Assembly: GCA_030141605.1 (NCBI GenBank)
Contig: JAQGDQ010000007.1
Location: 186,001 to 250,000 of the forward strand
DNA length: 64,000 nt
From: Tubiluchus corallicola
Taxonomy: Eukaryota > Animalia > Priapulida
Direction of reading: 5' to 3'
Of this stretch, positions 1 through 12,100 are shown piece by piece (within the stretch, counting starts at the first letter, position 1; every line of letters starts with the position of its first letter). The notes beneath the pieces were generated by a model that saw nothing but the letters and a program-made list of their open reading frames with translations, made no database searches and was not told the DNA's origin. The translations under genes and the position numbers were made by a program.

Positions 1-1164
1 TATAAAAAGATAAAGAGTAGCATTAAAGTTAATTGTAAAAACAATAGGTTTATCAATTATTGTTATGAATTTATGCGTACTATAAAAACAAAACAGTTAT
101 TTGAACTTCCATACCATTTATTTTAGGTTACAAAAGTTACATGAAATTATACACGAGATATAAATTTATTTTGAGTTAATTTTTCTTAATAAATGATTGT
201 GGCATGCACAAACAACTTGCCACTTTTGCATACAAAGTGAACCAATCTAGCCATTTTGTTTAGGTGTGTTCTGTGTTAATTAGGGGAGCACAATAAATCC
301 CCACCCAAGAGGCAAAATAAGTTGTCATGCTGATTTTCCGACTAATAAAATCTTTACCAGAACCTGAGTAAAACGGTACTGAAAGGTACGAAAAAATACC
401 GTAATTTCATATTGTGCCGTACAGTTGAAAAATTTTATGAGTTTTTTTTTGTACTGTACCATATCATACTGCCAGCCTTGCTTCCCACCCAAACGTTTAT
501 AGGTTTGCTCTAAATCCTATTGTTAACTTTTAGTTAGTGACATTTTTGTTTACTTTATATGTTGTGAGCAGAGTTGACAAAAAGGTACGATTTTTTTCAA
601 AATAGCAAAAAGTTGGTTACATTGTGCTACTGCTGCTATGACATATCATTACATCAACCAAATTTTAAGCAAATATTGATGATCCAGTGTGCCTCTAAAA
701 GTTAGAATTTTGCTATATGATACTTCTCATCTCGATACTTAATACTCGGCTTTTGCAAACCCTCGACTTTTGACTACAACTGATTACTATGAGGACTTTG
801 AAAAGTCTTTGCCATTCTAATATTGAAGCACGTATATTGAAACTTATTAATAGAAAACTTCACAATTGAACATGAACTTTGGTAGTCAAAATACACTGTG
901 GTTAGTAGTTTTCACACAACACAGTTATAAAACAGCTTGTTGAAAAGTATTGTGGGTTACTTTAAAACACAAAACTATACATCTTGTTAAAAAGTGGGAT
1001 GGTTACTTCAAAACACAAGGCTATAATGTAATGATTGTAATAAATATCTTACTGATTAATGCCGAACAAAGCGTAATTAGTCTTTATGAATTAATTTTGT
1101 TTAATTTTGTACTTTTACTTGTTGTAGTTTCAACATAAAAGCAAAAGACTTTGTGCATGTTTGC

Positions 1165-1351
1165 TGTGGTACATTTTGCTGTTAACCACAATTTGTGGCC
1201 GCAGTTTCCACAAGCCTGAACAGCTGATTATGAATGATGTTTCACTGTGCAGAATTTTGTGACTGTTCATTACTTTCATAAGTGCAGCAGGCTTAAAATG
1301 ATGGAAGAGCTTGTAAGGTGATATAGCTCAGGTCTGCCAAGTGTGACAGTA
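1165..1351 (+). ncRNA. Candidate intronic H/ACA-type snoRNA or other structured RNA in an RPL14 intron
   Basis: Hairpins 1165-1190, 1193-1213 and 1214-1292, then ANANNA box AAATGA (1296-1301), a 3' hairpin (GAGCT/AGCTC, TGG/CCA) and ACA at 1346-1348. No guide target identified. Confidence 0.3.
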
Positions 1352-1556
1352 GAAAAATCTAATAAACTTGTGCGAAACATAATCAATACGAAAAAATATT
1401 TGCTTTGAGAGTCGAGAATAATATTAGGCTATAGGTGGGTACTGTAAAATGCTATTTCAGTAACTGTTGTTTTACCTTCAGCACTTACCATTAACATCTT
1501 TTCTATTTGTGCAGTGCTACTGTAAATAAACTACATGAGCAGTGTATTGTTTCTAG

Positions 1557-4192
1557 GCACTCATTGATGGTCCCTGCACTGGCGTTAAACGACAGCAGAT
1601 TAATTTTAAGCGCCTTCATTTGACGAAGTTTGTTTTGAAGCTTCCACATGGGGCTCGAACTGGAACGACGAAAAAAGCCTGGGAGAAGGCTGAAATAGAT
1701 AAGCAATGGGCGGAAACCACATGGGCTAAAAAATTAGTTGCTAGAGAAAAGGTAATCTTATGAAGTTTCGTTTGTATGTATGACGCAGTGTGAACTTATG
1801 TGCTTGTCACATTAGTTTTTGAATTTATGTACCCATCAAATGATGTTGCAATGTTAAATCCTGAGAAGTAATAAAAATAATAAGAATTAGTTTACATAAT
1901 GCTGTTATTATTGTTATGAGTCCCCTTTTCAGTTAGCAATTCAATGTACGCGTCATCCGCCCACACGTATATTGTTGGGGGTGGCAATCATGTGCTTTTT
2001 TTTCAAATCGAACCTTCCAGATATCTGTACATGTAATACTGTAGAATTATCTAAACTGATCTGTCTGTAGTAGCAATGCTTCTATAATGTTCGGGAGCCT
2101 TATGTAATTATATAAACCCCCACAAAAAATTGTTTCTGTTTTACTGAATGAGCTTAAAAGATGTCAGTGGCGAGGAAGGGAAACAAATTTTAAAGCTTTA
2201 TAAATGTTTAAAGCTAAATCATGGAATATTTAATATCAGTTGAAATCAAAGTTTGATTATTTCCCACTGGTATGCGGTAATCTTTTAAACATTTTCAATG
2301 CACATTATTTCACGTATTGTTTTTTAATTTTTTGTTCGCACTACTAAATTATTGTATTATTATCGATTATTACATAGTCTCTTTTTTGTATGGTATGAAC
2401 AATTCTTCTCATAATTGTGACATCAGCGGCAACACTACTGGGTCGTTAATATGCTAATTTGTCGGAAAATACGATACTTTTTAGCCTCCGATATATACAA
2501 ACGGCAACCCCGAGCGAGTGTTAGCTATAGAAAAATATGACTGCATCCTCGCCGAAAAAATGATGTTATAAGAATTATTGCATTTTACGTTTTAAATTAA
2601 AAAATATATTTTTATATGACTATGTCAGTCAAGTAAATGAACTTACAAAAAAAATTATAAAATATCTGGTCAGGTGTACCATAAGAAAAATATTAGAAAC
2701 AGAAATATTTTCATTGTCGGCCAAAATAAGACCTCCTGCATAATTGTTGCAGATTGATAGGCTTTACATATAAAGTGTTTTTTTTTGTGTAAATTTTGTG
2801 CTTTTGATTTTGGACTGCATACCTTTTATAACTGCAGTTGATATAACTATGTTTGTTATTTGTGCACTGCGGTAATTATTTTAATTACTGCTTGCACTAT
2901 CCTCTGTTATTTTTACCTGTGCTGTTAATGACTTTATTATTCTGCTTAGAAATTAATTTCACCTGTTTTGTAAGTAGGTTTGTGCACTTATTTCAATAAT
3001 AATTGCTTTAAGTGGCATTTAATTAAAAAACTTTTGTTTGTTGGTTTCGTTTTCCAAAAACGATCTGTTTTATGCTGTCCCAGTAGATTAACACTTAACA
3101 TCATCTGTTTTGGAACACAAGCTCTAATCTTATTTCTTTAACTTTCTACATAAAAATGAAATAGTCATTCGAAGGACTGAAATTAGACAATGTCCTCTTT
3201 TACTAGAATTCTTAGATATTCCAGTATTCATTAATGTCCACCTTTTGCTGTGAGAGATAGGCCCTTGATGTCGAATAAAAGCGAAGGCATAGCAGAATAG
3301 GATTTCAAAAAACAACGTTTTCATATTTCAGTGTCATGTTTGCCATGGTATATAAATAGCTTTTTTTGATTTTCATTTTAGTATTTTTTTTTCAGAAAGC
3401 GAACATGTGTGATTTCGACCGGTTTAAACTAATGAAGGCCAAACAGGCGGTAAGTAGTTCTGTATATTCGTGTAGGCTTAGTTACTATCACATTGTCATT
3501 TAAAAGTTTCTTTCTGTTTACCAAAAATCATAAATATGGTATGTTTTTGATGCACGTGCTTAGCTTTTGAATAAAATTGTTAAAATTTAAACCATTTGAA
3601 TGCTTTTATGTCATTGTGTATTTAATTAGTCTTAATATATTATCATTCTATATTGAGTTTATTTTATGTATTGATTAAATTCTGTAATGGGCATGAGTTT
3701 GTGGTCCAATAATTCTGTGGGTGCTTAATGAAAAACAGATTGAGAGCTCCTGCATTGTATACAGGACCTAGAAACGTTTATCTGTTGACTGTCTGAGCAG
3801 TTTTTGTCAATTTTGGGCCTCGTTTATAAAGAGGCCTATTTCGCCATGATGTTGTCCCCACTCTTGCAATGTTGGTTTGAATGATTTAAAGGAACTGACT
3901 GACATAGTTGAATGACTTGAGGAAATCCTGGCAGTGCTTCATGCAAAACCTAGCATGTTGCTAAAATTTGTACGTTTTGCATGCCATTATGTGCTGGTGA
4001 GTACACAAGAGCCCAGTACACTGATAAACTGGTAGTTGCTTTTTTCAGTGCCTGTGACTGATCTTTGTCTTGTCAATGGATTGTCTTTGTTTATCTGTTA
4101 ACTTTTTTTTTCAGAGGAACCGACTAATCAAGATTGAAATGGGAAAACTTGTACTAGCAGCACGGAAGGAGAAACAGGAAAAGAATAAATAA
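1557..4192 (+). CDS. RPL14: 60S ribosomal protein L14 (eL14), last three coding exons; 5' exons lie upstream of the window
   Basis: Exons 1557-1751 (ALIDGPCTGVKRQQINFKRLHLTKFVLKLPHGARTGTTKKAWEKAEIDKQWAETTWAKKLVAREK), 3396-3449 (KANMCDFDRFKLMKAKQA) and 4115-4192 (RNRLIKIEMGKLVLAARKEKQEKNK*). GT-AG phase-0 introns; sequence matches the known eL14 pattern (ALVDGP...W...W...WAKK...DFDRFK.MKAK..RNR). Confidence 0.96.
3689..4050 (+). other. Chain of consecutive hairpins with a cryptic 5' splice site in the last RPL14 intron
   Basis: Stems AACAGAT/ATCTGTT, TCCTG/CAGGA, TTGAC/GTCAA, GGCCTC/GAGGCC, CATGCAAAAC/GTTTTGCATG, TGTGCTGG/CCAGTACA and CACTGA/TCAGTG. CTG|GTGAGT with the GT at 3997. Confidence 0.4.
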
Positions 4193-4217
4193 TCTGTACA
4201 AACAGTCCTTAGTGTAA

Positions 4218-4223
4218 AATAAA
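4218..4223 (+). terminator. Polyadenylation signal of RPL14
   Basis: AATAAA about 25 nt after the stop codon, followed by TTGTTATTGT T/GT-rich sequence. Confidence 0.6.
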
Positions 4224-4900
4224 TTCTCATTAAAAAATGACATTGTTATTGTATCTCTATTTAGGTCAACATTTATTTACATCAGAAAAAAGCTAACTGT
4301 GGCTATATCATAATAATATCGTAATGCGATTTTGCATGATACGTTGAAGATTCTATTTTGAACATCTCATATAAACGGAAAATACACGTTAGTTACGCTA
4401 ACCAGTCACTTCAGATGTGCAAAATTCACACTGCTCTGATCAAGGCATTCAATGGTGACCAATTGGTTCCTAAGTGCATTTCAATGAACATTCTCTAACT
4501 TAAACCTGTAGAAGTTACTAGATGTAGCAAACAGGTTGTTTGCTACATTCTCAAGTATAAACTAGCAGCTAGCTCTCTGCACTGCACTGAATACACTATT
4601 ATAGTAATAAGGCACACGTTGAGTTTCAAATCCAGAACTCGTGTCAACTCAGATATTTCAGTACAAGAATGAACAATATCCGTAATTTTCTTAAGATTTA
4701 ATTATTTATATAACATGTTTTGAAAGTAATGTAAGTTTATACTAAAATACTGCGATTATACTTAATTAAAACTAAATCTTGCTTAAAGCTACTACTTAAA
4801 GACTAATTTTAATAGATTTAAAAGCTTCCAATTATCTGGCATGGTCCAAAGATATTTCTCAAACTAGTGTAATTAGATATTGTGTTGTGTGCTATTGCCA

Positions 4901-4914
4901 CCACTAGATGGCAC
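4901..4914 (+). promoter_or_regulatory. CTCF core binding motif between RPL14 and the cytochrome b561 promoter
   Basis: CCACTAGATGGCAC fits the CTCF consensus CCASYAGRKGGCRS at all 14 positions. Confidence 0.6.
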
Positions 4915-5077
4915 AGTTTACGTCGATCAATAGATCAGTCGAAAACCGGGTGGGTTGAGTCTCTTGGTTGGTGTGTAGTAGTGTTTGCTTCTTGCTACTA
5001 TAAAAGGTAATTTATGGTATTTTTATGAACGTTTGTTGTTTGCTGTTAATTTTTTTAGTCATTTCTTTCTTCTTAAA

Positions 5078-8000
5078 ATGGTAAGTCTGTATTGGAATTT
5101 CTCAGTTGAGCCGATTTACTTTTTTTCACAGGCAGTATGGTACACTTACCTCAGCTATGCTAATTATTAATGATAGTAATCATAGTAGTGCTACACTTGT
5201 ACTAGTTCTAACAGCTTGTTGCAGTAGTTGCCTAAAGGCGGCCATTCTTTAATAATCTTTGCCGTCAAAGATACAATAACAATGTTTCACTATGCAGTAA
5301 TATAATTGTAACTGATTCAGATTCGAAATAAATATGCCTGCGAAAGTATAGGCCAATATGGTGTCGAGAATGATCATTTATTGACAGGTTATAGATTTTT
5401 CTTTCTTTTGCTTGCTGTGTGTTTGATTAATATTAGTGCTCAATTGTTTGTACATGTGTTATGTTACTGGCAAATTGGCACAATAATAAGTGCTTTAATA
5501 AAATGTCATCTTTTTTCACCAAGCTAGGTACTGCGTTTTATGTTTGCTTGTTATAGGTTTAATTTCATTGGCTCTTGGCCTACCTGAAAGTACATTAATA
5601 AATTTTTAAAATACATTCCATTGTAAATTTTATATTATGAAATGTATGTTTTATTTTCGCAGTTGATGGAGAAGCCGAGTGGGTACAGCACCATGGGAGA
5701 TGGAATGGAATCACCCACTGAAGTTCTACAATTTTTCACTGGCTTCCTTGGCATGTCTCAGGCCATGGGAATTCTTACATTGATTCTAACCTTGGTTTGG
5801 ACGTGCTACCATCGCGGCGGATTCGCTTGGCATTCAAATCCAGATAAAGAATTCAATTATCATCCATTATTTATGGTGTTCGGTCTTATTTTCTTCTATG
5901 CTGAATGTGAGTCTTAAAGATGTACCACGATGAAGTACCTTATTGAAATTTGTACTATACTTCCTTGCACTTCAACAAAAGTTCTTTATTTGATTATGTA
6001 CTTTTGAGTAGACTTGATATTCTTGAAATTGTCATCATTACTCTTCATTTTTTCATTATCACATTTATTTTTACTAATTGGCAAATTAACGCAAAAATTT
6101 AGTACTTGAAATTTTTGGGTATCATGAAATGCTTTTATTAGTTTACCCTTTAGTTTTTTACTAGAGATTCTAAACCTGTTGCTCTTGCACAATTAAGCAA
6201 AAACTGCTCGGCGTACAATTGGGTTGTGAATTTTTCTAATGAATATTATAGATTTTTGGGATATTAACAAATATTGTATCTCATTTTTAACTGGAAGTAT
6301 TACAGTTAAAGACCTATGTTATGACATAAATGTAAACTAAAAATACCTTATATGCACTTACATTCTTACTTCAGTGTACATCATATTTATCATTTATATG
6401 CCAAAATGAATATAAAGGTCATTGCAAACTTGCATTGTGCATGATCTTTTATTGTTTTTTCTTTCAGCCATATTGGTGTACCGAGTTTTTCGGAACACAC
6501 GCAAGCTTTACGTGAAGGTTGCACATGCATCGTTGCATTGCCTAGCTGCATTATTTGTTGTCATCGCACTTAAAGCCGTCTTCGATTCACATAACCTACA
6601 TAAACCAAATCCACATCAAAATCTTTACAGTCTGCACAGTTGGATGGGACTCATTGTTGTTATATTATTCTTTATGCAGGTATGATTAGCAATTAATAGA
6701 CAACAGACATGCCTAAGTTATCTTAGAAGGATTATACCTATTAAGCAAAGATGGTGTTATTGTACTTCAGAAATGTTCGACAGATGGTACTAGAAATACA
6801 TATGATTGCAAGCTAATGGTTAATGAATTGAAATAATTACACACACATGTGTATATCTCATTTGAAAAAAAGTTAAGAATACTGTATTGCGAAAATTAAA
6901 ACAAAAGGAAAATGTCTTGCAAACATTGAAATGTAATCGAAACAGTAATGTGAGTTATCTAATATTTGAAATGTTGAACCTGGTTTGTCAGCTATAAAGG
7001 TTGAACTTAGGACTGTCTTGATCATTGAGAAATATATTGGCCTAGTGGTCAAGGAATTTGCCTTGTAAGCAGAATGCATGCAATATACTAACTTCTCATT
7101 TCGTACTACAAAATTGACTTCATTCTGGCTTGTACCATTACATTGTTTAATGTTTTGTTTTATTTAAATTGATAGTATTATTCCTATTTTGACTACCTGT
7201 CATATAACTGCCATGCATTAACTTTAAAATTTAATATTCTATTTAATCAATTATATTATTGCTTGTTGTGCAAATCACATTTTTGAACATTTTTGGCAGC
7301 TTCTTTTTAAATGTATGTATTTACAGTGTTGTAGAGGAAGGTTACTAATTTCAAACCTCAGGAACTTGGAGCTCTTTGATGGTTTTGTGATCTGGTATGG
7401 AACATAAGTCTTTCAACCTGAAATTTGTTTTCTTTTTCAGTATATTTTTGGCTTTGTTAGCTATCTTGCACCGAAGCTGAGCTTGGCACTGCGCCAGTTC
7501 TACATGCCAATTCACGTCTTTTTTGGGATTGCCATATTCATCGGCGCCGTGGCAACTGCCCTGATGGGACTCACCGAGAAACTGATCTTCCTCAAGTTTC
7601 TTACAGGGTACGTATAGAAGATGTTGTGCATTGCTGCCCTGTCAGTGTGCCATTGCTTGCACAGATCAGTTACAACATTAAAAAATTATGATCTGGTACC
7701 GTTTGTTTTAAAAATAGTCTCAGCCTTAACTGGTTTTGTAAACCCAGTGGTTTAAGTAAAAAAATCTTTTCAGGCTCACCTAGTGTTGTAAAATCAATTC
7801 TAAGCCATGTCATTCTTTTTTTTTAATTTGTTTGCATTATGAATGTATGTAATCATCCAGCATAAACATATACCACACGTTTGTTTAGAGCATGTTTGTT
7901 GTAGATGCCATTCACTTAACACTAAAACCACAAGGACTTTAAATTCTTTCTACCCTATTGCGGTTTGCACTATCAACAGTAAATTTCAGTAGATTTGCAA

Positions 8001-8901
8001 TATTCTCTGTATATGATGTGATTATAATATAATGACAATAAGTTGCTTATTTACTTTCTATGTTGTTAATAAATCGTAAGATGAGCAACTTTATTAATAT
8101 CTGCATTGAGTGTAGCTTCTCCAAGTGCAACAATCTTTATTTCTTGATCTGATTCACTACAATTAATTTACTTTCTCCATCGTGGGAGACTGGTCATTCC
8201 AACATAGTTTTGTTAGGTATTGCGAAATTTATTGGCAATTGTGATCACCTGAAAATAAGTCTTAAGACAAGTCAATATCACCTCTTACAGGTCAGCATCT
8301 CATCTTAAAGGATTGTCTTTGGCAATGATCTATATCCTGAAATTTCTACAACCTTCTGACATAATTAACTGTAGGCACTAAGTACAGAAAACTGGCTTGC
8401 CGTGTGCCAAATTATGAAGAATAATCAATTTTATTGAATAAATTGTGATTTTTTTTTGTGTGCACATGTGTCCATGTGATATTCACTTGACTGCCTTAAT
8501 CCTTTTCTTACTGTTAAAGTTGCACTGATGCACTCCGTATCAAGGTCTTTGTTTTGACGGCTCTTTTGTTTTTACTTTAGAATGTATGGCAGCAAAATAA
8601 AACCGTTATGAAAACTAACACTTTCTATAATTATTTTAATTCCGTAGTAGTTTAAAAATTGGTCGGAGTAGCAGAGTAGTAGTTTTGATTATCACACTTT
8701 GAAATGTCAATACATAACTGAATTTAAAAGCAAGCTTGTTTTATTTACAGGGAATTTAATGAAGCGGAAGGGCCATTTATCAACATTCTAGGCCTGGTAA
8801 TTGTCGCATTTGCTGGCTGTGTTCTCTACATTGTAGTGAACCCGAAATATAAGAGAGAACCACTCCCAGAAGAGGAAATGATACAGTTAGCCACAGAGTA
8901 G
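5078..8901 (+). CDS. CYB561: Cytochrome b561 family transmembrane ascorbate-dependent (ferric) reductase, ~258 aa (CYB561/CYBRD1/CYB561A3-like)
   Basis: Exons 5078-5080 (ATG|GTAAGT; alternative start at 5666), 5663-5906, 6468-6679, 7441-7607 and 8751-8901, phases consistent. Motifs FNYHPLFM, LVYRVFR, K..HASLH, AVFDSHN, NLYSLHSWMG, YMPIHVFFG, GLTEKL contain the four heme-ligand histidines. One-to-one orthology to a vertebrate paralogue cannot be resolved. Confidence 0.93.
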
Positions 8902-9105
8902 AAAGATTTCCTGTAATGAATGTGTTATCTAGTCATAATTAGTCTTATTTATCGAGTCATTGGCTATTAATGATTTCAGTGATGTTATTCGTTATTGTTG
9001 TTGTACTTATCCGGCAATTTTTGCCACCTTTGCATTGCTGTAAAATTAATTATCCAAGATTATGATTTATTCAAAATTAACTGAATATGACAAATTACAT
9101 GATAC

Positions 9106-12100
9106 TACTTATAAATATTACTTGTAAGACTTATTTGTTGTGTGTTGTGTTTTGGGCAAAAATGTAATACATTGCCAGTAACCATAAAGTTCAGTTTTAT
9201 TGTAAGCAATCTCAGGGCACCCGTGCCGAAAACAACTTGATGTCTTTGGGCTTACAGACAAACAAGCATACAAGTTTTTAGCTACATATTTTTTTATCAT
9301 GCTGCAATAGTAATTGCACAAAATCTACCTGTGCGAATGGCATGAAACATTTGCATCTAAATTTGCCTGAGCAGTTTGTGTAAGAATGTGTTTATCAGAG
9401 AGATTGGACATCCATCTCAGTACAGTCAAATCATAGGAACATTAGTATTGCCTCATCTCAAAGGTTTACCCATGGTAATGGCTAGATTCGCAACTGTCAA
9501 CATTAATAAGCCCTTGATTAAGTGCTGGATGGTGGCTTCAAACATTACCTTGTTAAATTTGATTTTAAAATTGGCTTTTACAATTATGTTCCATTAAACA
9601 TTATTATTTTTTAAATTTTGAAAATGAATCCTGTTAAGAAGTTTTCCAAAAGATTGAATTATTTTACTTTTTTCTCGTCTAACATAATTAAAATGCGTCA
9701 TTCTAATAAAAAGACTTGACAGGTTTAGTCAACATCTCTGCAGTATTGGGCATGTTTGTACTAAAACAAGTGTGTCAATGCACTGTTCTCAGGCTTACTA
9801 AACATGTGCATCATGTTGTTGGAAAATATTGTGTAACTTGCTTGCAAAATGTAACTTAAATACGGGCATACCACTAGCTGAATTTCGAAAGTAAATACTG
9901 TACTATGTTGTATAGTCGTAACATATGTAACGTAATGCCACATCAAAAAACACTTCGGTATTGTCAGTACTTGCTAAGATGCCAAATCATTTAGTTTTTA
10001 TTACAATTTTAAGTCTGTTGAAAACTTAATTCTAACATTATTCTAAAAAACGGTTATGCTGCCAATCTAACCTTACTTTAGTGTTCATACATTAATGTTT
10101 ATAACGTTAATGTGGAGTATGCTCGTTACAAAAACTGCCATGAAAGTATACCATTTATTTAAACCTGTTTTTCCATGGATTTCTGTGGTACATGTGTACT
10201 GATGTGTTGTAATTACTATTTTTATTAATAACCGTATATGTGGTGTTAATTCGCTGTGATTCACAAAAACTTAAATAATTATATATTTACCTATTACAGA
10301 ATTATTTTATCGTAAGTATATGAAGATTAAGTGTCACAATTATTTTGTGTCCACTTAGTCAATAAAGATATTCAAACCGAATTTCGTGTTGTTGTTTTTT
10401 TCAGCTTATTTACACTGACACAGCTAACTACTTTATGTTAATTGACAGCACTGGCATATTTTACACAAGTTATAACATCACTTCAGCACTCTACTTTACA
10501 CACTCGTTAAGAGATGACTATTAGCAGAAAACTTGGGAGTTCTCGATAAATTATTTAATAATAATAAGCGGCAGATAAAAAACTAAAGCAACTTTTAGTA
10601 ATTCGTATCATCAATTTACTGTTATCTATTATAAACCAAAATAGATAAATCAAAAATAGTATTTTTTGCAAACCTAATCAATAATATGAGTAGCATGCAT
10701 ATCACAAATTTACACATTTTATATTATAAACTGGTAGAATTCCTATCAAACGGCCTTATTTTCAGATCATAAAAATATGCAAATTTAGATATTAATCAAA
10801 TTTTTACAAATATTGCACACTGCTAACATGGATTTGTGCTTAGCTACTAAATGTGTCACTGATCTGGCAATGGCAAAAATTTTCAGGACTGTAATAAGAA
10901 TGCAACCCAAAAATGTTTATGGTCAAACTTCATTATAACACCCACCTTTATATTGCAACCTTAGCAAAACAAAATATATGTCATCTTTATAATGCCAATC
11001 TTCAAAACAAAATATATGTATCTACATAGTCACGTACGTATTAATGCACCTTTTTATAATGCCAAACTCACTATATACCAACTGTTTTTGCAGTCAAAAA
11101 GTAGGCAGTATAAAAAAGTTTGACAGTATTTGTATATATTAATCATGTGGTAACATTGTATTGTCATGTATTTAACACAGGAGTGCAAACATTTTTTAAC
11201 TTCCTTTGGGTGATGAATGGCTTTAGAACTGCATTTGTAATAATTACCAGAATTCAAACAATATTCAACATATTGTCTCCCTGGTACTTATAAATATTAC
11301 TTGTAAGACTTATTTGTTGTGTGTTGTGTTTTGGGCAAAAATGTAATACATTGCCAGTAACCATAAAGGTCAGTTTTATTGTAAGCAATCTCAGGGCACC
11401 CGTGCCGAAAACAACTTGATGTCTTTGGGCTTACAGACAAACAAGCATACAAGTTTTTAGCTACATATTTTTTTATCATGCTGCAATAGTAATTGTACAA
11501 AATCTACCTGTGCGAATGGCATGAAACATTTGCATCTAAATTTGCCTGAGCAGTTTGTGTAAGAATGTGTTTATCAGAGAGATTGGACATCCATCTCAGT
11601 ACAGTCAAATCATAGGAACATTAGTATGGCCTCATCTCAAAGGTTTACCCATGGTAATGGCTAGATTCGCAACTGTCAACATTAATAAGCCCTTGATTAA
11701 GTGCTGGATGGTGGCTTCAAACATTACCTTGTTAAATTTGATTTTAAAATTGGCTTTTACAATTATGTTCCATTAAACATTATTATTTTTTAAATTTTGA
11801 AAATGAATCCCGTTAAGAAGTTTTCCAAAAGATTGAATTATTTTACTTTTTTCTCGTCTAACATAATTAAAATGCGTCATTCTAATAAAAAGACTTGACA
11901 GGTTTAGTCAACATCTCTGCAGTATTGGGCATGTTTGTACTAAAACAAGTGTGTCAATGCACTGTTCTCAGGCTTACTAAACATGTGCATCATGTTGTTG
12001 GAAAATATTGTGTAACTTGCTTGCAAAATGTAACTTAAATACGGGCATACCACTAGCTGAATTTCGAAAGTAAATACTGTACTATGTTGTATAGTCGTGA

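Noticed and set aside
3735-3749. ACAGATTGAGAGCTC, identical to a short conserved 18S rRNA stretch as I recall it
   Set aside because: Only 15 nt, in sense rather than guide orientation, with no flanking rRNA similarity; not an rRNA gene and possibly chance.
8965-8995. Possible iron-responsive element (CAGTGA) in the cytochrome b561 3' UTR
   Set aside because: The flanks GATTT/TGTTA do not form the 5-bp upper stem and there is no bulged C.
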